The position numbers were made by a program, and so were the translations under genes. From NCBI GenBank assembly GCA_964016885.1, contig OZ024745.1, positions 1,364,001 to 1,428,000 on the forward strand: DNA of 64,000 bases, written 5' to 3'. Below are positions 12,471 through 26,382 of the stretch, in pieces; position 1 is the first letter of the stretch, and every line of letters begins with the position of its first letter. The notes under the pieces were generated by a model. The model saw nothing but the letters and a program-made list of their open reading frames with translations. It did no database searches and was not told the DNA's origin. This DNA is from Eledone cirrhosa. Its lineage: Eukaryota.

Positions 12471-12610
12471 GCACATGGCTTAGTGGTTAGAGCATTGGCC
12501 TTGCAATCGAAAGGTTGTGAGTTCAATTCTCAGACCGGGTGATGTGTTGTTTCCTTGAGCAAGACACTTTATTTCACATTGTTCCAGTTTACTCAGCTGT
12601 AGAAATGAGA
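12469..12610 (+). mobile_element. tRNA-derived SINE
   Basis: A box tggcttagtgg, B box gttcaattc, core ccttgagcaagacactttatttcac..ccagtttactcagctgtagaaatgag; near-identical to 25122-25262. Confidence 0.8.
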
Positions 12611-12891
12611 TAAGGACTGGGGTCTATATAATTCCACTGCAAAGTGGTCATGGAGGTGCCACGACAAAAAAGCACCCAGCCCACACTGTAAAGTGGACGT
12701 GTAGGCGCCATGGAAAAAAAGCACCCAGCACTCACTGTAAATGAGGTTGGTGTTAGGAAGGGCATCCAGCTGTAGAAATCAAGCCAGAATCAGTTCCTGT
12801 CCCACCCTTGCAAGCAGGGAAAAGTTAAGACCCTCTTCCTGCTATATCAAGTATTAACCTAATATATACCTTCCATATACTGTTTAACTTT

Positions 12892-12922
<31 letters not shown>

Positions 12923-12968
12923 TTCTGTGTGGTTTCTTAATTTTGATCATTGCCACTAGTAACAGTGA

Positions 12969-13230
12969 AGGCACGTGGCCTGGTGGTTAACTTGTTGTGG
13001 GTTTGATTCCTGAAACACTTTGGTGTGTTGTGTTCTTGATCAAAACACTTCATTTCATGTTGCTCCAGTATACTCAGCTGAAAATAAGTACCAGCAACAA
13101 TAGGTTGGGGTTTAACTCTGCGATGGGCTAGCATCCTGTCCAGGGGGATGTTTTATACTCTGTTGCTTAACACCATGGAAACTGCAATAAGCACTGGTCT
13201 GATAACCCTCCATGCTTGAGACAGACTTCA
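12969..13230 (+). mobile_element. tRNA-derived SINE, diverged
   Basis: same head and core as 12469, with a 3' gatgggctagcatcctgtccagggg segment. Confidence 0.65.
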
Positions 13231-13408
13231 CAGATTCATAGTTCCTCTCTACTCTACTTCTACCTAGCTATGAACAATACTGCATACTCTATCTAAAACA
13301 CTGTTTTCAATACAGTGTGGTAGACTGCTTATGGTGGTGGTAATGATGATGCTAGCATTAATATTACTGTTGATAGTTAATTTCATCATATTTTTATATA
13401 TGTTGTAG

Positions 13409-13536
13409 ATCTCTACCGCTTGTGCGGGGACCAAGTAAAAGAAGCCGAAGGCTACAGGATGCATACCAGCTTTTCTCAAGATCTCCTAAAAGATCATTTT
13501 CAGTCATCACAGTTATCTGAACATGGCTTAATACAA
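13409..13536 (+). CDS. MAU2: MAU2 exon
   Basis: tgtag/gtaagt; (D)LYRLCGDQVKEAEGYRMHTSFSQDLLKDHFQSSQLSEHGLIQ; phase 1 matches the previous exon. Confidence 0.93.
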
Positions 13537-13879
13537 GTAAGTATAAACAAATGCACCCAGTACACTCTGTAAAATGGTTGGTGGTAGGAAGGGTATCCAG
13601 CTGTACACTCTGTAATGTGGTTGGGGATAGGAAGGGTATACAACTACAAAGCTTACAAAAACAGTCAGAAGGACTCTTTTAGTCATGTCAGGAATATAAG
13701 AACCTCCCTTGTGTTGGGCATCTATATGATAAACAAATCCAGTACACTCTGTAAGGTCGTTGGTGATAGGACGGCCACCCAGCTTCAAAAAACATGCCAA
13801 AGGGTCAAACCTTCTTGGTTCTAGTTCCATGATAAAATACACTCAGTAGAGGGCTGGCTGGTATAAAGTGCATAACTAT

Positions 13880-14080
13880 CGTGAGGTTGTTAGTTCGATT
13901 CTTGGACTGGGTGCTGCAGTGTTCTTGAGCAAAAGACTTTATTTCACATCACTCCAGTTTACTCAGCTGTAGAAATGTGTTGTGACGTCACAGGTGCTAA
14001 GATGCCTTTCTCTTGGACAACATCGGTGGCATGGAGAGGAGAGAGTGCATACTATTGTGGTGCACTACAACTCATTAAAG
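13880..14080 (+). mobile_element. tRNA-derived SINE, diverged
   Basis: gttcgattc B box and cttgagcaaaagactttatttcac core. Confidence 0.6.
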
Positions 14081-14380
14081 GTGCATGTATAGTACATAGA
14101 ATAATGTACAAATGTCAGGAAAGTGAACAGTGTATGAGTCATGATATACACACACACACACACGCACACACGCGCACACGCGCGCGCGCGCATGGGGGGG
14201 GGGTGATATCAAATGTCGTGTTGGTGAATTTTGTGAAGCATGGAAGTTTTAAAGGATGCAGGGAGTTCCATGTTTCAGCAAATCTGAGCATGGAAAGATG
14301 TTTCTGAAAATGATGGGAGCTGTACTGTTTTTTTTTTATATTTACATTTCTTTTTTGTCTTTTCATTTTGTATTTTCCAG

Positions 14381-14440
14381 TGGACCGAAGGTCCTTGTCC
14401 TTTCCACCTGTCATCAGAGGTGTCCAGTAGCATTTTGTGA
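14381..14440 (+). CDS. MAU2: MAU2 terminal coding exon
   Basis: long polypyrimidine tract + ccag; WTEGPCPFHLSSEVSSSIL*, cf. MAU2 C-terminal WTDGP. Confidence 0.9.
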   Translation, partial: WTEGPCPFHLSSEVSSSIL

Positions 14441-15475
14441 GAAATACATTCACCTTCCCTCCTATCTGTTGTTTTAACCAACTGGCTGTGTAGCTGACCA
14501 CACCCTGCCACACTTCACTGCACCACATGTGTAGCTCTGCTGTTGCAGGGGCAGCTTTGAAGAAGAAATATGGCTGATGGAATATTTAAAGGTCTTGGAG
14601 TGTAACAAAGAGAAGAGACAAGAAATGCAGAAAAAATGGGGGAGGGGAAACAATAACAAGTAAAACTCTCTGCTCCCCCCCCCCCCTTCTGCTGCTATCC
14701 ATTTTGCCTCTATTGTGAACTTTGTTACACACCATTGCTATCATCATCACCATCATCATCATCATCTGTTTCATGTGTGTGTATGCATATGACTGTATGT
14801 GTGTATATATGTATATCTGTGTGGATGTGCTCATGTGTGTATGTATATGTGTGTTTTTGTGTATGTATATATATATATCAGTGTGTATGCATGCACATAT
14901 GTGTGCCTCTGTGTGTTTATATAAAACATGCTCTGTCACACACCCCCTCCTCTCTTCTTTTCATGTTTCTATCACTGCTGAATGTTACATAAGCTGACAA
15001 CTGTATACACATTGTTGAATACATGTATTTTACACATACACACACATCTGTCTAACCATTACATCTGTTTATATATAGGCTGACAACTGTATATACCTTG
15101 TTATATACATACATGTATTTTACACATAAACACACATACAATGGCTACATTTTGGTTTCAACAATTGCCATCTCTCGACCTTCTTCTCATACATGAGTGG
15201 CACAAACATGATGTTTTAGCTCTGGCAAGGACTTAGATTCCTTTCTGCATATGCTGTAGCGATAGAAAAAAAAGAAAAGGCCATGCTTATGCAATACATG
15301 TGAAAGTCATTTAGATCAAGTGACACCTGTGCTTGGAGTCATTTTTTAAGGGAAGAAAGGCCCTGCATTGGACCAATCCCTTTATCTTAACAACAGGGAT
15401 AAGTAGACCCCCCCCCCCAAAGAACAGGAAACATCATTGGCTGCCTTTAAGTCACAGGTTTTACATCAGAGCTTT

Positions 15476-15871
15476 ACATACACACACATACATACATACA
15501 CATACATATACATACACATACATATACATACATACACACACATACATACATACACATACATACATACACATACATACATACATACACATACATACATACA
15601 TACACATACATACATACACATACATACATACACATACATACACATACATATACATACATACACATACATACACATACATACACATACATATACATACATA
15701 CACACACACATACATACATACACATACATATACATACATACACATACATATACATACATACACACACATACATACACATACATACATACATACACATACA
15801 TACATACATACACATACATACACATACATACACATACATATACATACATACACATACATACATACACATAC
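15476..15871. repeat. (CATA/CA)n compound microsatellite
   Basis: directly visible. Confidence 0.95.
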
Positions 15872-17131
15872 ATTGATATTCACACAGCTGTTTGACCATT
15901 ACATAACTGTATTCACTTTGCAACTGATTCTAATGGTTGAACAGTCAGCTGGTATTGTTGTTGCAGTTTATAGTGCATGTAGTTGCAATAGCAAGAAGGA
16001 ACATCTGCACCATACACTGGTGCACCAGTGTATGGTGCATGCCATTAGGTTCAACAAGATAATGCAGTGCTATGAGAATTGGACAAAACTGTGTTGGATA
16101 TAGCAGTGGGGGGGGGGAGAAAGAGTGAGAGGTGGAGTGTGAGTGAAAGGTGGTGTGAGTGAGAAGTAGAGGATTATCATTGTTGAAGTGCAGTACTGTG
16201 ATATAGTAATGAAGAAATATAATGATAGTAGCTGTAATTAATTTAAATAACGATGAACAAAACCTTAGTAAACACACAGATATGTACTCACACATACTCA
16301 CACACTCACATACACACATACACACGCTTTATCTCTCTCCCTCTGCTTTGAGATGCAAGCAAATATAATTGAAAGCGTAAGTACCATTTGAAAGAAAGAT
16401 TTGAGTGTAACTGGGGTTGAGTGGAGGATGATGATTGAACTATATGGATCAGTGTCTAAATTCTGGGATATTAACCCCATTCCCCTCCAATATCTGCTAT
16501 TAATGTTTACATATTTCACATTTAATTTGTTGACCAAATAGCTTTCTTTGTTGTTGTTACAGAACATGTAAGTCTGCCCTCATCTAAATTATAAAACCAA
16601 TATTTTTATACGCAACCATAAAATAAGTAATTTACCAGCTGAGCTAATTATAACTTGTGTTCTAGTTGACTCTAGGAAAGGCATGAATGTCACAACTGTA
16701 GGAAAGGAATGTCATAACTGTAGGAAAGGCATGAATGTCACAACTGTGTTTTCTGAGCTCTTCTATTCTAGAATGCGAGTGGTTAATCAATCATTGTTGG
16801 ACAGCATTGATTACAATTACATAAAATCGATCAGTAAATACAGACTTTATTTATCTCATACATCAAATGTAAGAACTAGCTGGGGGGGTCTACATATATA
16901 CAACACCTTAGTATACACACACACTTCTTTCCACAACACACACACCTCTGCTGTTTTTGTTTCTACATTTAACTTATTTTCAAATGGTTGTGTTATAATG
17001 GAAGCTGCAGAAGATCTAGAGAATAAATTCTAGACCTGGAAACAAACCTAGAATTGGAAGGCCATAGAGTAAAGTTAGCAAAGAGTCAGTCTTAGTAAGT
17101 AGGAAAGAAGACAGGATTAGACGTGGGTGTT

Positions 17132-18123
17132 CAAGACATATATTGGGATATCATACAGGTTAACATGACATATATTGGGATATCATACAGGTTAACATGA
17201 CATATATTGGGATATCATACAGGTTAACAAGACATATATTGGGATATCATACAGGTTAACATGACATATATTGGGATATCATACAGGTTAACAAGACATA
17301 TATTGGGATATCATACAGGTTAACATGACATATATTGGGATATCATACAGGTTAACATGACATATATTGGGATATCATACAGGTTAACATGACATATATT
17401 GGGATATCATACAGGTTAACATGACATATATTGGGATATCATACAGGTTAACATGACATATATTGGGATATCATACAGGTTAACAAGACATATATTGGGA
17501 TATCATACAGGTTAACAAGACATATATTGGGATATCATACAGGTTAACAAGACATATATTGGGATATCATACAGGTTAACATGACATATATTGGGATATC
17601 ATACAGGTTAACAAGACATATATTGGGATATCATACAGGTTAACAAGACATATATTGGGATATCATACAGGTTAACATGACATATATTGGGATATCATAC
17701 AGGTTAACATGACATATATTGGGATATCATACAGGTTAACATGACATATATTGGGATATCATACAGGTTAACAAGACATATATTGGGATATCATACAGGT
17801 TAACATGACATATATTGGGATATCATACAGGTTAACATGACATATATTGGGATATCATACAGGTTAACAAGACATATATTGGGATATCATACAGGTTAAC
17901 ATGACATATATTGGGATATCATACAGGTTAACATGACATATATTGGGATATCATACAGGTTAACAAGACATATATTGGGATATCATACAGGTTAACATGA
18001 CATATATTGGGATATCATACAGGTTAACATGACATATATTGGGATATCATACAGGTTAACATGACATATATTGGGATATCATACAGGTTAACATGACATA
18101 TATTGGGATATCATACAGGTTAA
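17132..18123. repeat. 32-bp minisatellite, about 31 copies
   Basis: unit gacatatattgggatatcatacaggttaaca(t/a). Confidence 0.97.
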
Positions 18124-18312
18124 GAGATTTTCTGTGTAGCAGCTATTGTTGCTGTCTTCTGAGTTCAAATCTTGCCATGGTTAACTTTGTCTTTCATCCC
18201 TCTTGGGTCAACATAAAGTACCAGATATGTACTGGGGTCAATATAATAAACTTTCCCTTCCTCCAAATTGTTGGTTTTGTGCGTAAATTATTAATAAATG
18301 ATAATAATGCTA

Positions 18313-18485
18313 ATGAGAGAGAGAGCAACCTCAATAGTATGAGAGAGAGAGCAACCTCAATAGTATGAGAGAGAGAGCAACCTCAATGGTATGAGAGAGA
18401 GAGCAACCTCAATGGTATGAGAGAGAGAGCAACCTCAATGGTATGAGAGAGAGAGCAACCTCAATGGTATGAGAGAGAGAGAGAG
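18313..18485. repeat. 26-bp tandem repeat, about 6 copies
   Basis: atgagagagagagcaacctcaat(a/g)gt. Confidence 0.9.
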
Positions 18486-18859
18486 AGAACTATCCTGTGA
18501 TAAACTTTCTTACACAAACCTTCCTGTGACAACCTCGTTGAGAGTAAACAACATTTCATGTCTATTTTACATTGTTGGAACATAGACATGAAATGATGTT
18601 GATGATGATGATGGGTTGTAGAAATTACCCCCACGGACTTACCCCCTCTACATATGTTCACTGAAACACATTCTCCTTCACACACACTTTCTCTTTCATA
18701 CACACACACACACACACAGTTTCTCTTTCATACACACACACACACAGTTTCTCTTTCACACACACACACACTTCCTCTTTCATACACACATACACTTTCT
18801 CTTTTCTTCCATGTGTACATTACTGCGACTGTCCTCCCACTTATCTCTGTTATAAGTTT

Positions 18860-21800
18860 GTGTGTAAGGGTTTATTGTATATATGTAATTCAGTCGGGGT
18901 TTTATTGGGGCTGGGAGTGTGTGTGTGTGTAAGGGTTTATTGTATATATGTAATTCAGTAGGGGTTTTATTGGGGCTGGGAGTGTGTGTGTAAGGGTTTA
19001 TTGTATATATGTAATTCAGTCGGGGTTTTATTGGGGCTGGGAGTGTGTGTGTGTGTGTAAGGGTTTATTGTATATATGTAATTCAGTAGGGGTTTTATTG
19101 GGGCTGGGAGTGTGTGTGTGTGTGTAAGGGTTTATTGTATATATGTAATTCAGTCGGGTTTTATTGGGGCTGGGAGTGTGTGTGTGTGTAAGGGTTTATT
19201 GTATATATGTAATTCAGTAGGGGTTTTATTGGGGCTGGGAGTGTGTGTGTAAGGGTTTATTGTATATATGTAATTCAGTCGGGGTTTTATTGGGGCTGGG
19301 AGTGTGTGTGTGTGTAAGGGTTTATTGTATATATGTAATTCAGTAGGGGTTTTATTGGGGCTGGGAGTGTGTGTGTGTGTGTAAGGGTTTATTGTATATA
19401 TGTAATTCAGTCGGGTTTTATTGGGGCTGGGAGTGTGTGTGTGTGTAAGGATTTATTGTATATATGTAATTCAGTAGGGGTTTTATTGGGGCTGGGAGTG
19501 TGTGTGTGTGTGTGTGTGTAAGGGTTTATTGTATATATGTAATTCAGTAGGGGTTTTATTGGGGCTAGGAGTGTGTGTGTGTAAGGGTTTATTGTATATA
19601 TGTAATTCAGTAGGGGTTTTATTGGGGCTGGGAGTGTGTGTGTGTAAGGGTTTATTGTATATATGTAATTCAGTAGGGGTTTTATTGGGGCTGGGAGTGT
19701 GTGTGTGTGTAAGGGTTTATTGTATATATGTAATTCAGTCGGGTTTTATTGGGGCTGGGAGTGTGTGTGTGTGTAAGGGTTTATTGTATATATGTAATTC
19801 AGTAGGGGTTTTATTGGGGCTGGGAGTGTATGTGTGTGTGTGTGTGTGTGTAAGGGTTTATTGTATATATGTAATTCAGTAGGGGTTTTATTGGGGCTGG
19901 GAGTGTGTGTGTGTAAGGGTTTATTGTATATATGTAATTCAGTAGGGGTTTTATTGGGGCTGGGAGTGTGTGTGTGTAAGGGTTTATTGTATATATGTAA
20001 TTCAGTAGGGGTTTTATTGGGGCTGGGAGTGTGTGTGTGTGTGTAAGGGTTTATTGTATATATGTAATTCAGTCGGGTTTTATTGGGGCTGGGAGTGTGT
20101 GTGTGTGTGTAAGGGTTTATTGTATATATGTAATTCAGTAGGGGTTTTATTGGGGCTGGGAGTGTATGTGTGTGTGTGTGTGTAAGGGTTTATTGTATAT
20201 ATGTAATTCAGTAGGGGTTTTATTGGGGCTGGGAGTGTGTGTGTGTAAGGGTTTATTGTATATATGTAATTCAGTAGGGGTTTTATTGGGGCTGGGAGTG
20301 TGTGTGTGTAAGGGTTTATTGTATATATGTAATTCAGTAGGGGTTTTATTGGGGCTGGGAGTGTGTGTGTGTGTAAGGGTTTATTGTATATATGTAATTC
20401 AGTCGGGTTTTATTGGGGCTGGGAGTGTGTGTGTGTGTAAGGGTTTATTGTATATATGTAATTCAGTAGGGGTTTTATTGGGGCTGGGAGTGTATGTGTG
20501 TGTGTGTGTGTAAGGGTTTATTGTATATATGTAATTCAGTAGGGGTTTTATTGGGGCTGGGAGTGTGTGTGTGTAAGGGTTTATTGTATATATGTAATTC
20601 AGTAGGGGTTTTATTGGGGCTGGGAGTGTGTGTGTGTGTAAGGGTTTATTGTATATATGTAATTCAGTCGGGTTTTATTGGGGCTGGGAGTGTGTGTGTG
20701 TGTGTGTAAGGGTTTATTGTATATATGTAATTCAGTCGGGTTTTATTGGGGCTGGGAGTGTGTGTGTGTGTAAGGGTTTATTGTATATATGTAATTCAGT
20801 AGGGGTTTTATTGGGGCTGGGAGTGTATGTGTGTGTGTGTGTGTAAGGGTTTATTGTATATATGTAATTCAGTAGGGGTTTTATTGGGGCTGGGAGTGTA
20901 TGTGTGTGTGTGTGTGTAAGGGTTTATTGTATATATGTAATTCAGTCGGGGTTTTATTGGGGCTGGGAGTGTGTGTGTGTAAGGGTTTATTGTATATATG
21001 TAATTCAGTAGGGGTTTTATTGGGGCTGGGAGTGTATGTGTGTGTGTGTGTGTAAGGGTTTATTGTATATATGTAATTCAGTAGGGGTTTTATTGGGGCT
21101 GGGAGTGTATGTGTGTGTGTGTGTGTAAGGGTTTATTGTATATATGTAATTCAGTCGGGGTTTTATTGGGGCTGGGAGTGTGTGTGTGTAAGGGTTTATT
21201 GTATATATGTAATTCAGTAGGGGTTTTATTGGGGCTGGGAGTGTATGTGTGTGTGTGTGTGTGTAAGGGTTTATTGTATATATGTAATTCAGTAGGGGTT
21301 TTATTGGGGCTGGGAGTGTATGTGTGTGTGTGTGTGTAAGGGTTTATTGTATATATGTAATTCAGTAGGGGTTTTATTGGGGCTGGGAGTGTATGTGTGT
21401 GTGTGTGTGTGTAAGGGTTTATTGTATATATGTAATTCAGTAGGGGTTTTATTGGGGCTGGGAGTGTATGTGTGTGTGTGTGTGTAAGGGTTTATTGTAT
21501 ATATGTAATTCAGTAGGGGTTTTATTGGGGCTGGGAGTGTATGTGTGTGTGTGTGTGTAAGGGTTTATTGTATATATGTAATTCAGTAGGGGTTTTATTG
21601 GGGCTGGGAGTGTATGTGTGTGTGTGTGTGTAAGGGTTTATTGTATATATGTAATTCAGTAGGGGTTTTATTGGGGCTGGGAGTGTATGTGTGTGTGTGT
21701 GTGTAAGGGTTTATTGTATATATGTAATTCAGTAGGGGTTTTATTGGGGCTGGGAGTGTATGTGTGTGTAAGGGTTTATTGTATATATGTGATTCAGTCG

Positions 21801-23574
21801 GGGTTTTATTGGGGCTGGGAGTGTGTGTGTGTAAGGGTTTATTGTATATATGTAATTCAGTAGGGGTTTTATTGGGGCTGGGAGTGTATGTGTGTGTGTG
21901 TGTGTAAGGGTTTATTGTATATATGTAATTCAGTAGGGGTTTTATTGGGGCTGGGAGTGTATGTGTGTGTGTGTGTGTAAGGGTTTATTGTATATATGTA
22001 ATTCAGTCGGGGGTTTTATTGGGGCTGGGAGTGTGTGTGTGTAAGGGTTTATTGTATATATGTAATTCAGTAGGGGTTTTATTGGGGCTGGGAGTGTATG
22101 TGTATGTGTGTGTGTGTGTGTAAGGGTTTATTGTATATATGTAATTCAGTCGGGGTTTTATTGGGGCTGGGAGTGTGTGTGTGTGTGTGTGTAAGGGTTT
22201 ATTGTATATATGTAATTCAGTAGGGGTTTTATTGGGGCTGGGAGTGTATGTGTGTGTGTGTGTGTAAGGGTTTATTGTATATATGTAATTCAGTCGGGGT
22301 TTTATTGGGGCTGGGAGTGTGTGTGTGTAAGGGTTTATTGTATATATGTAATTCAGTAGGGGTTTTATTGGGGCTGGGAGTGTATGTGTGTGTGTAAGGG
22401 TTTATTGTATATATGTAATTCAGTCGGGGTTTTATTGGGGCTGGGAGTGTGTGTGTGTAAGGGTTTATTGTATATATGTAATTCAGTAGGGGTTTTATTG
22501 GGGCTGGGAGTGTGTGTGTGTAAGGGTTTATTGTATATATGTAATTCAGTCGGGGTTTTATTGGGGCTGGGAGTGTGTGTGTGTAAGGGTTTATTGTATA
22601 TATGTAATTCAGTAGGGGTTTTATTGGGGCTGGGAGTGTATGTGTGTGTGTGTGTGTGTAAGGGTTTATTGTATATATGTAATTCAGTAGGGGTTTTATT
22701 GGGGCTGGGAATGTGTGTGTGTGTAAGGGTTTATTGTATATATGTAATTCAGTAGGGGTTTTATTGGGGCTGGGAGTGTGTGTGTAAGGGTCTATTGTAT
22801 ATATGTAATTCAGTAGGGGTTTTATTGGGGCTGGGAGTGTGTGTGTGTAAGGGTTTATTGTATATATGTAATTCAGTAGGGGTTTTATTGGGGCTGGGAG
22901 TGTGTGTGTAAGGGTCTATTGTATATATGTAATTCAGTAGGGGTTTTATTGGGGCTGGGAGTGTATGTGTATGTGTGTGTGTGTGTGTAAGGGTTTATTG
23001 TATATATGTAATTCAGTAGGGGTTTTATTGGGGCTGGGAATGTGTGTGTGTGTAAGGGTTTATTGTATATATGTAATTCAGTAGGGGTTTTATTGGGGCT
23101 GGGAGTGTGTGTGTAAGGGTTTATTGTATATATGTAATTCAGTAGGGGTTTTATTGGGGCTGGGAGTGTGTGTGTGTAAGGGTTTATTGTATATATGTAA
23201 TTCAGTAGGGGTTTTATTGGGGCTGGGAGTGTATGTGTGTGTGTGTGTGTGTAAGGGTTTATTGTATATATGTAATTCAGTAGGGGTTTTATTGGGGCTG
23301 GGAGTGTGTGTGTAAGGGTCTATTGTATATATGTAATTCAGTAGGGGTTTTATTGGGGCTGGGAGTGTGTGTGTGTAAGGGTTTATTGTATATATGTAAT
23401 TCAGTAGGGGTTTTATTGGGGCTGGGAGTGTATGTGTATGTGTGTGTGTGTAAGGGTTTATTGTATATATGTAATTCAGTAAGGGTTTTATTGGGGCTGG
23501 GAATGTGTGTGTGTAAGGGTTTATTGTATATATGTAATTCAGTAGGGGTTTTATTGGGGCTGGGAGTGTGTGTG
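18860..23574. repeat. G-rich minisatellite with a variable (GT)n spacer, about 60-70 bp unit, about 70 copies
   Basis: taagggtttattgtatatatgtaattcagt(a/c)ggggttttattggggctggga(gt)n. Confidence 0.97.
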
Positions 23575-24719
23575 CAGTGTGGGGTTTAAACCAGTGAATG
23601 TTGTTTTTCCCATTTTAAATGTTGCAGTTGTTGATATTTTTGGAATGGGGAGGGAGATGAGATATAAAAACAAATGATCCCCCCCCCCCCACCCCTCCCC
23701 CCACACACACACTTAGATTCATATTTTTTTTCAAACTGTTTGCTTTGTTTTTGCCTTTCTTGTATTTGTTGATCTACAATTATCATCGTTGTCACCACCA
23801 TCATCATCACCATCACCATCGTACTAGTTTCATAGAGAAGTGACAAAGCCCCTAATATGAGGGGTCCAACTACCATTTATTTCAGTAGCATCAGATATCT
23901 TCTTTCCTTATTTTCCCTTCATTATATCCTCCCTCACCTTTGCCTATAGAAAAATATGGTTTCTGTGGAGGAGGGCTCTCTCTCTCTCTCTCTCTCTCTC
24001 TATTTCTTTATCTCTCTCTCTCTCCCTCTCTCTCTCCATCTCATTATTTCCTGAAGTAACATTTTATCAAGTATGAAAGGAAGAAGAGATACTAAAGGAT
24101 TTTCTTTACCTACCTACCTACCTACCTACCTACTTACCTACCTACCCACCCACCTACCCACCCACCTACCCACCTATCCACCTACCTACCCACCTACCTA
24201 CCTACCCACCTACCTTCTCTATCTCTGCCGTATCAGACTGCCAGTAACATCAGTAACAAAAAGAAACAACAAATAACCCCCCCCCCCCCCAAGAAAACAA
24301 AAACAAAAACAAACGTTACTTTGCTGCTGTCCACGACATTCTGTGTTGCAGGTGTCGCCTTTCAACTGTCGACCACCACCACCACCACCACCACCACTAC
24401 CACCACCACCACCACCACCACCACCACCACCACCACCACTACCACCTGCTGCAGTTTATGTTGCAATGGTGGAACATTTGTAAATAACCATCACTGTGCC
24501 ACAGACCACAAGAAACTCGTTTTTTAAAAATAGTTAATAAACCAAATTGTCACTGTTAACATGTCTTGGTTTGTCTTTTACTCTAATATCAGTTGAGGTG
24601 TGGCCATGCTGGGGCTTTTACTCTAGTGTCAGTTGAGGTGTGGCCATGCTGGGGTATTCACCACTCTAGTGTCCAGTGAAGTGTGGCCATGCTGGGGCAT
24701 TCACATGATGGCAACAATC

Positions 24720-25105
24720 GATTATGTCATCATCATCATCATCATCCAGTTTGTGATTAAGCAATACACAATCCTTAAGTAGGGGTGTGTCCTGCCTGAC
24801 AGCGCTCCTTAGCATCCCACTCCATGTGTTTCTGTCCACCGGTCTCACTTTAGCCAGGCCAAGCCTAGCTTGATTCCAATGGATATCCTCCATCAAAGTC
24901 CTTTTTGGTCTTCTTGGGCCTCTACTGCCTCCTGGATCGACATTCATCACTTTACCTCAATGCGCTTGACTTGACCATTCCAGTGCATGCATCTTGTATG
25001 AAGCACATCCTCAAGATGTTTGAAGAGCAATCAGGAGCTCAGTTGAGTTGACATCATCCTCGGTGGTCACACCACACATCTAGTAGATTATAGTTCTGTC
25101 ATTTC
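24720..25105 (-). mobile_element. RTE LINE 3' fragment
   Basis: ORF remnant GPRRPKRT...DRNTWSGMLR and (gat)n tail. Confidence 0.65.
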
Positions 25106-25121
25106 TTATGTATGTAGTGAA

Positions 25122-25262
25122 GGCGCATGGCTTAGTGGTTAGAGCATTGGGCTTGCAATCGAAAGGTTGTGAGTTCAATTCTCAGACCGGGTGATGTGTT
25201 GCTGTCTTGAGCAAGACACTTTATTTCACGTTGCTCCAGTTTATTCAGCTGTAGAAATGAGA
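25122..25262 (+). mobile_element. tRNA-derived SINE
   Basis: near-identical to 12469-12610. Confidence 0.8.
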
Positions 25263-25389
25263 TGATAGGACTGGGGTCCTATCATTAAATCACCCAAGAC
25301 ACCTCCAACGAGATATAACTTGGAGGAGGCCAGCTAAACCTGCATAGGTGTGAGCTGTCACACACATATGTATGTATATATTTATTTAT

Positions 25390-25578
25390 GTACAAGGGTC
25401 AGCCGAAAGGTGACCAAGATACTCTCATGGAATGACTAAATGATGTTTATTTTTCAACATAGTCCCTATAAAGAAATAATGCAGTTATTAATAAGAGGAG
25501 TTGATATTAATGCATACAAGATTTCACAGCTCTAGCATCACTCCTTCATAGCCTATGAACTTTTTTACCCACCCTCAT
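25390..25578. mobile_element. Tc1/mariner-like MITE remnant
   Basis: degenerate termini tacaagggtcagccgaaa / tatgaacttttttacccaccctcata; the right end recurs at 46068-46128. Confidence 0.45.
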
Positions 25579-25582
25579 ATTT

Positions 25583-25790
25583 AAGTATGTTCATTTTCTC
25601 TTAATTTTGAGCGGCCACCTTCCCAGAGGCCAGATTGTGAAGGAAAGTTTGGTCATCTCTTGTGTAAACATTCATCCTTTGAATCATAAGAATTTAGAAT
25701 GTTTCTTGGATAATTTTTAAAACTTGGCGGAGCCCAATTGTCTCCAGGTCTGAACATAGCCGGTTTCTTCCAGAGAAGCAGAAAGAGTGA
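25583..25790 (-). mobile_element. 3' end of an R4/Dong-like LINE
   Basis: minus strand ...FKG* followed by ggaaggtggccgctcaaaa, homologous to the 3' ends at 37700-37785 and 51997-52085. Confidence 0.6.
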
Positions 25791-26189
25791 GAAAAAGAAA
25801 CGAACTCAGTATCAGACTAGTATTTTTTTTTTATCGACTTCAAATTGTTGAAAGGCAAAGTTGACCTCGACAGAATTTGAACTCACAGAATACAGAGAGT
25901 TGAACAAATACTGTAAAGTATTCTATCTGAAGTAACATCTCTGTTAATTCGCCACCACAATCGATTATAGCGAATCTCCAATATGTGGTTACTGCGCATA
26001 TCTTATTGATTTTAAATGGATGAAAGGCGTAAGTAAATAACGCAATATAATTTCTCCAACGCTCTACTGATTTTACCATTCACTTGTATTTATATAGATG
26101 TGTACCACACTGAACACTATATGAGATAGTTGTGTTGCACAGCAGCTATACAGTCCAGATGAAATGACCAAGGTATTAATAATAATAAT

Positions 26190-26382
26190 ATAATTGTTTC
26201 TACTTTAGGCACAAGGCCAGCAATTATCCAGTACATTACTGGTACTTTATTTTATCGACCCCGTAAGGATGAAAGGCAAAGTTAATGTCGGTGGGATTTG
26301 AACCCAGACCATAAAGGGCCGTAACTCTTTGTTGCAAAGCATGGCGTCCGACCCTCTACTAATACTGCCAATCCACCGCCCT
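26190..26382 (-). mobile_element. Nin-domain-like SINE
   Basis: full copy, homologous to 29273-29465 and 52893-53073. Confidence 0.8.

Noticed and set aside
12469-12545. tRNA gene (also 25122, 27587)
   Set aside because: tRNA-like head continues into a SINE core; no complete cloverleaf.
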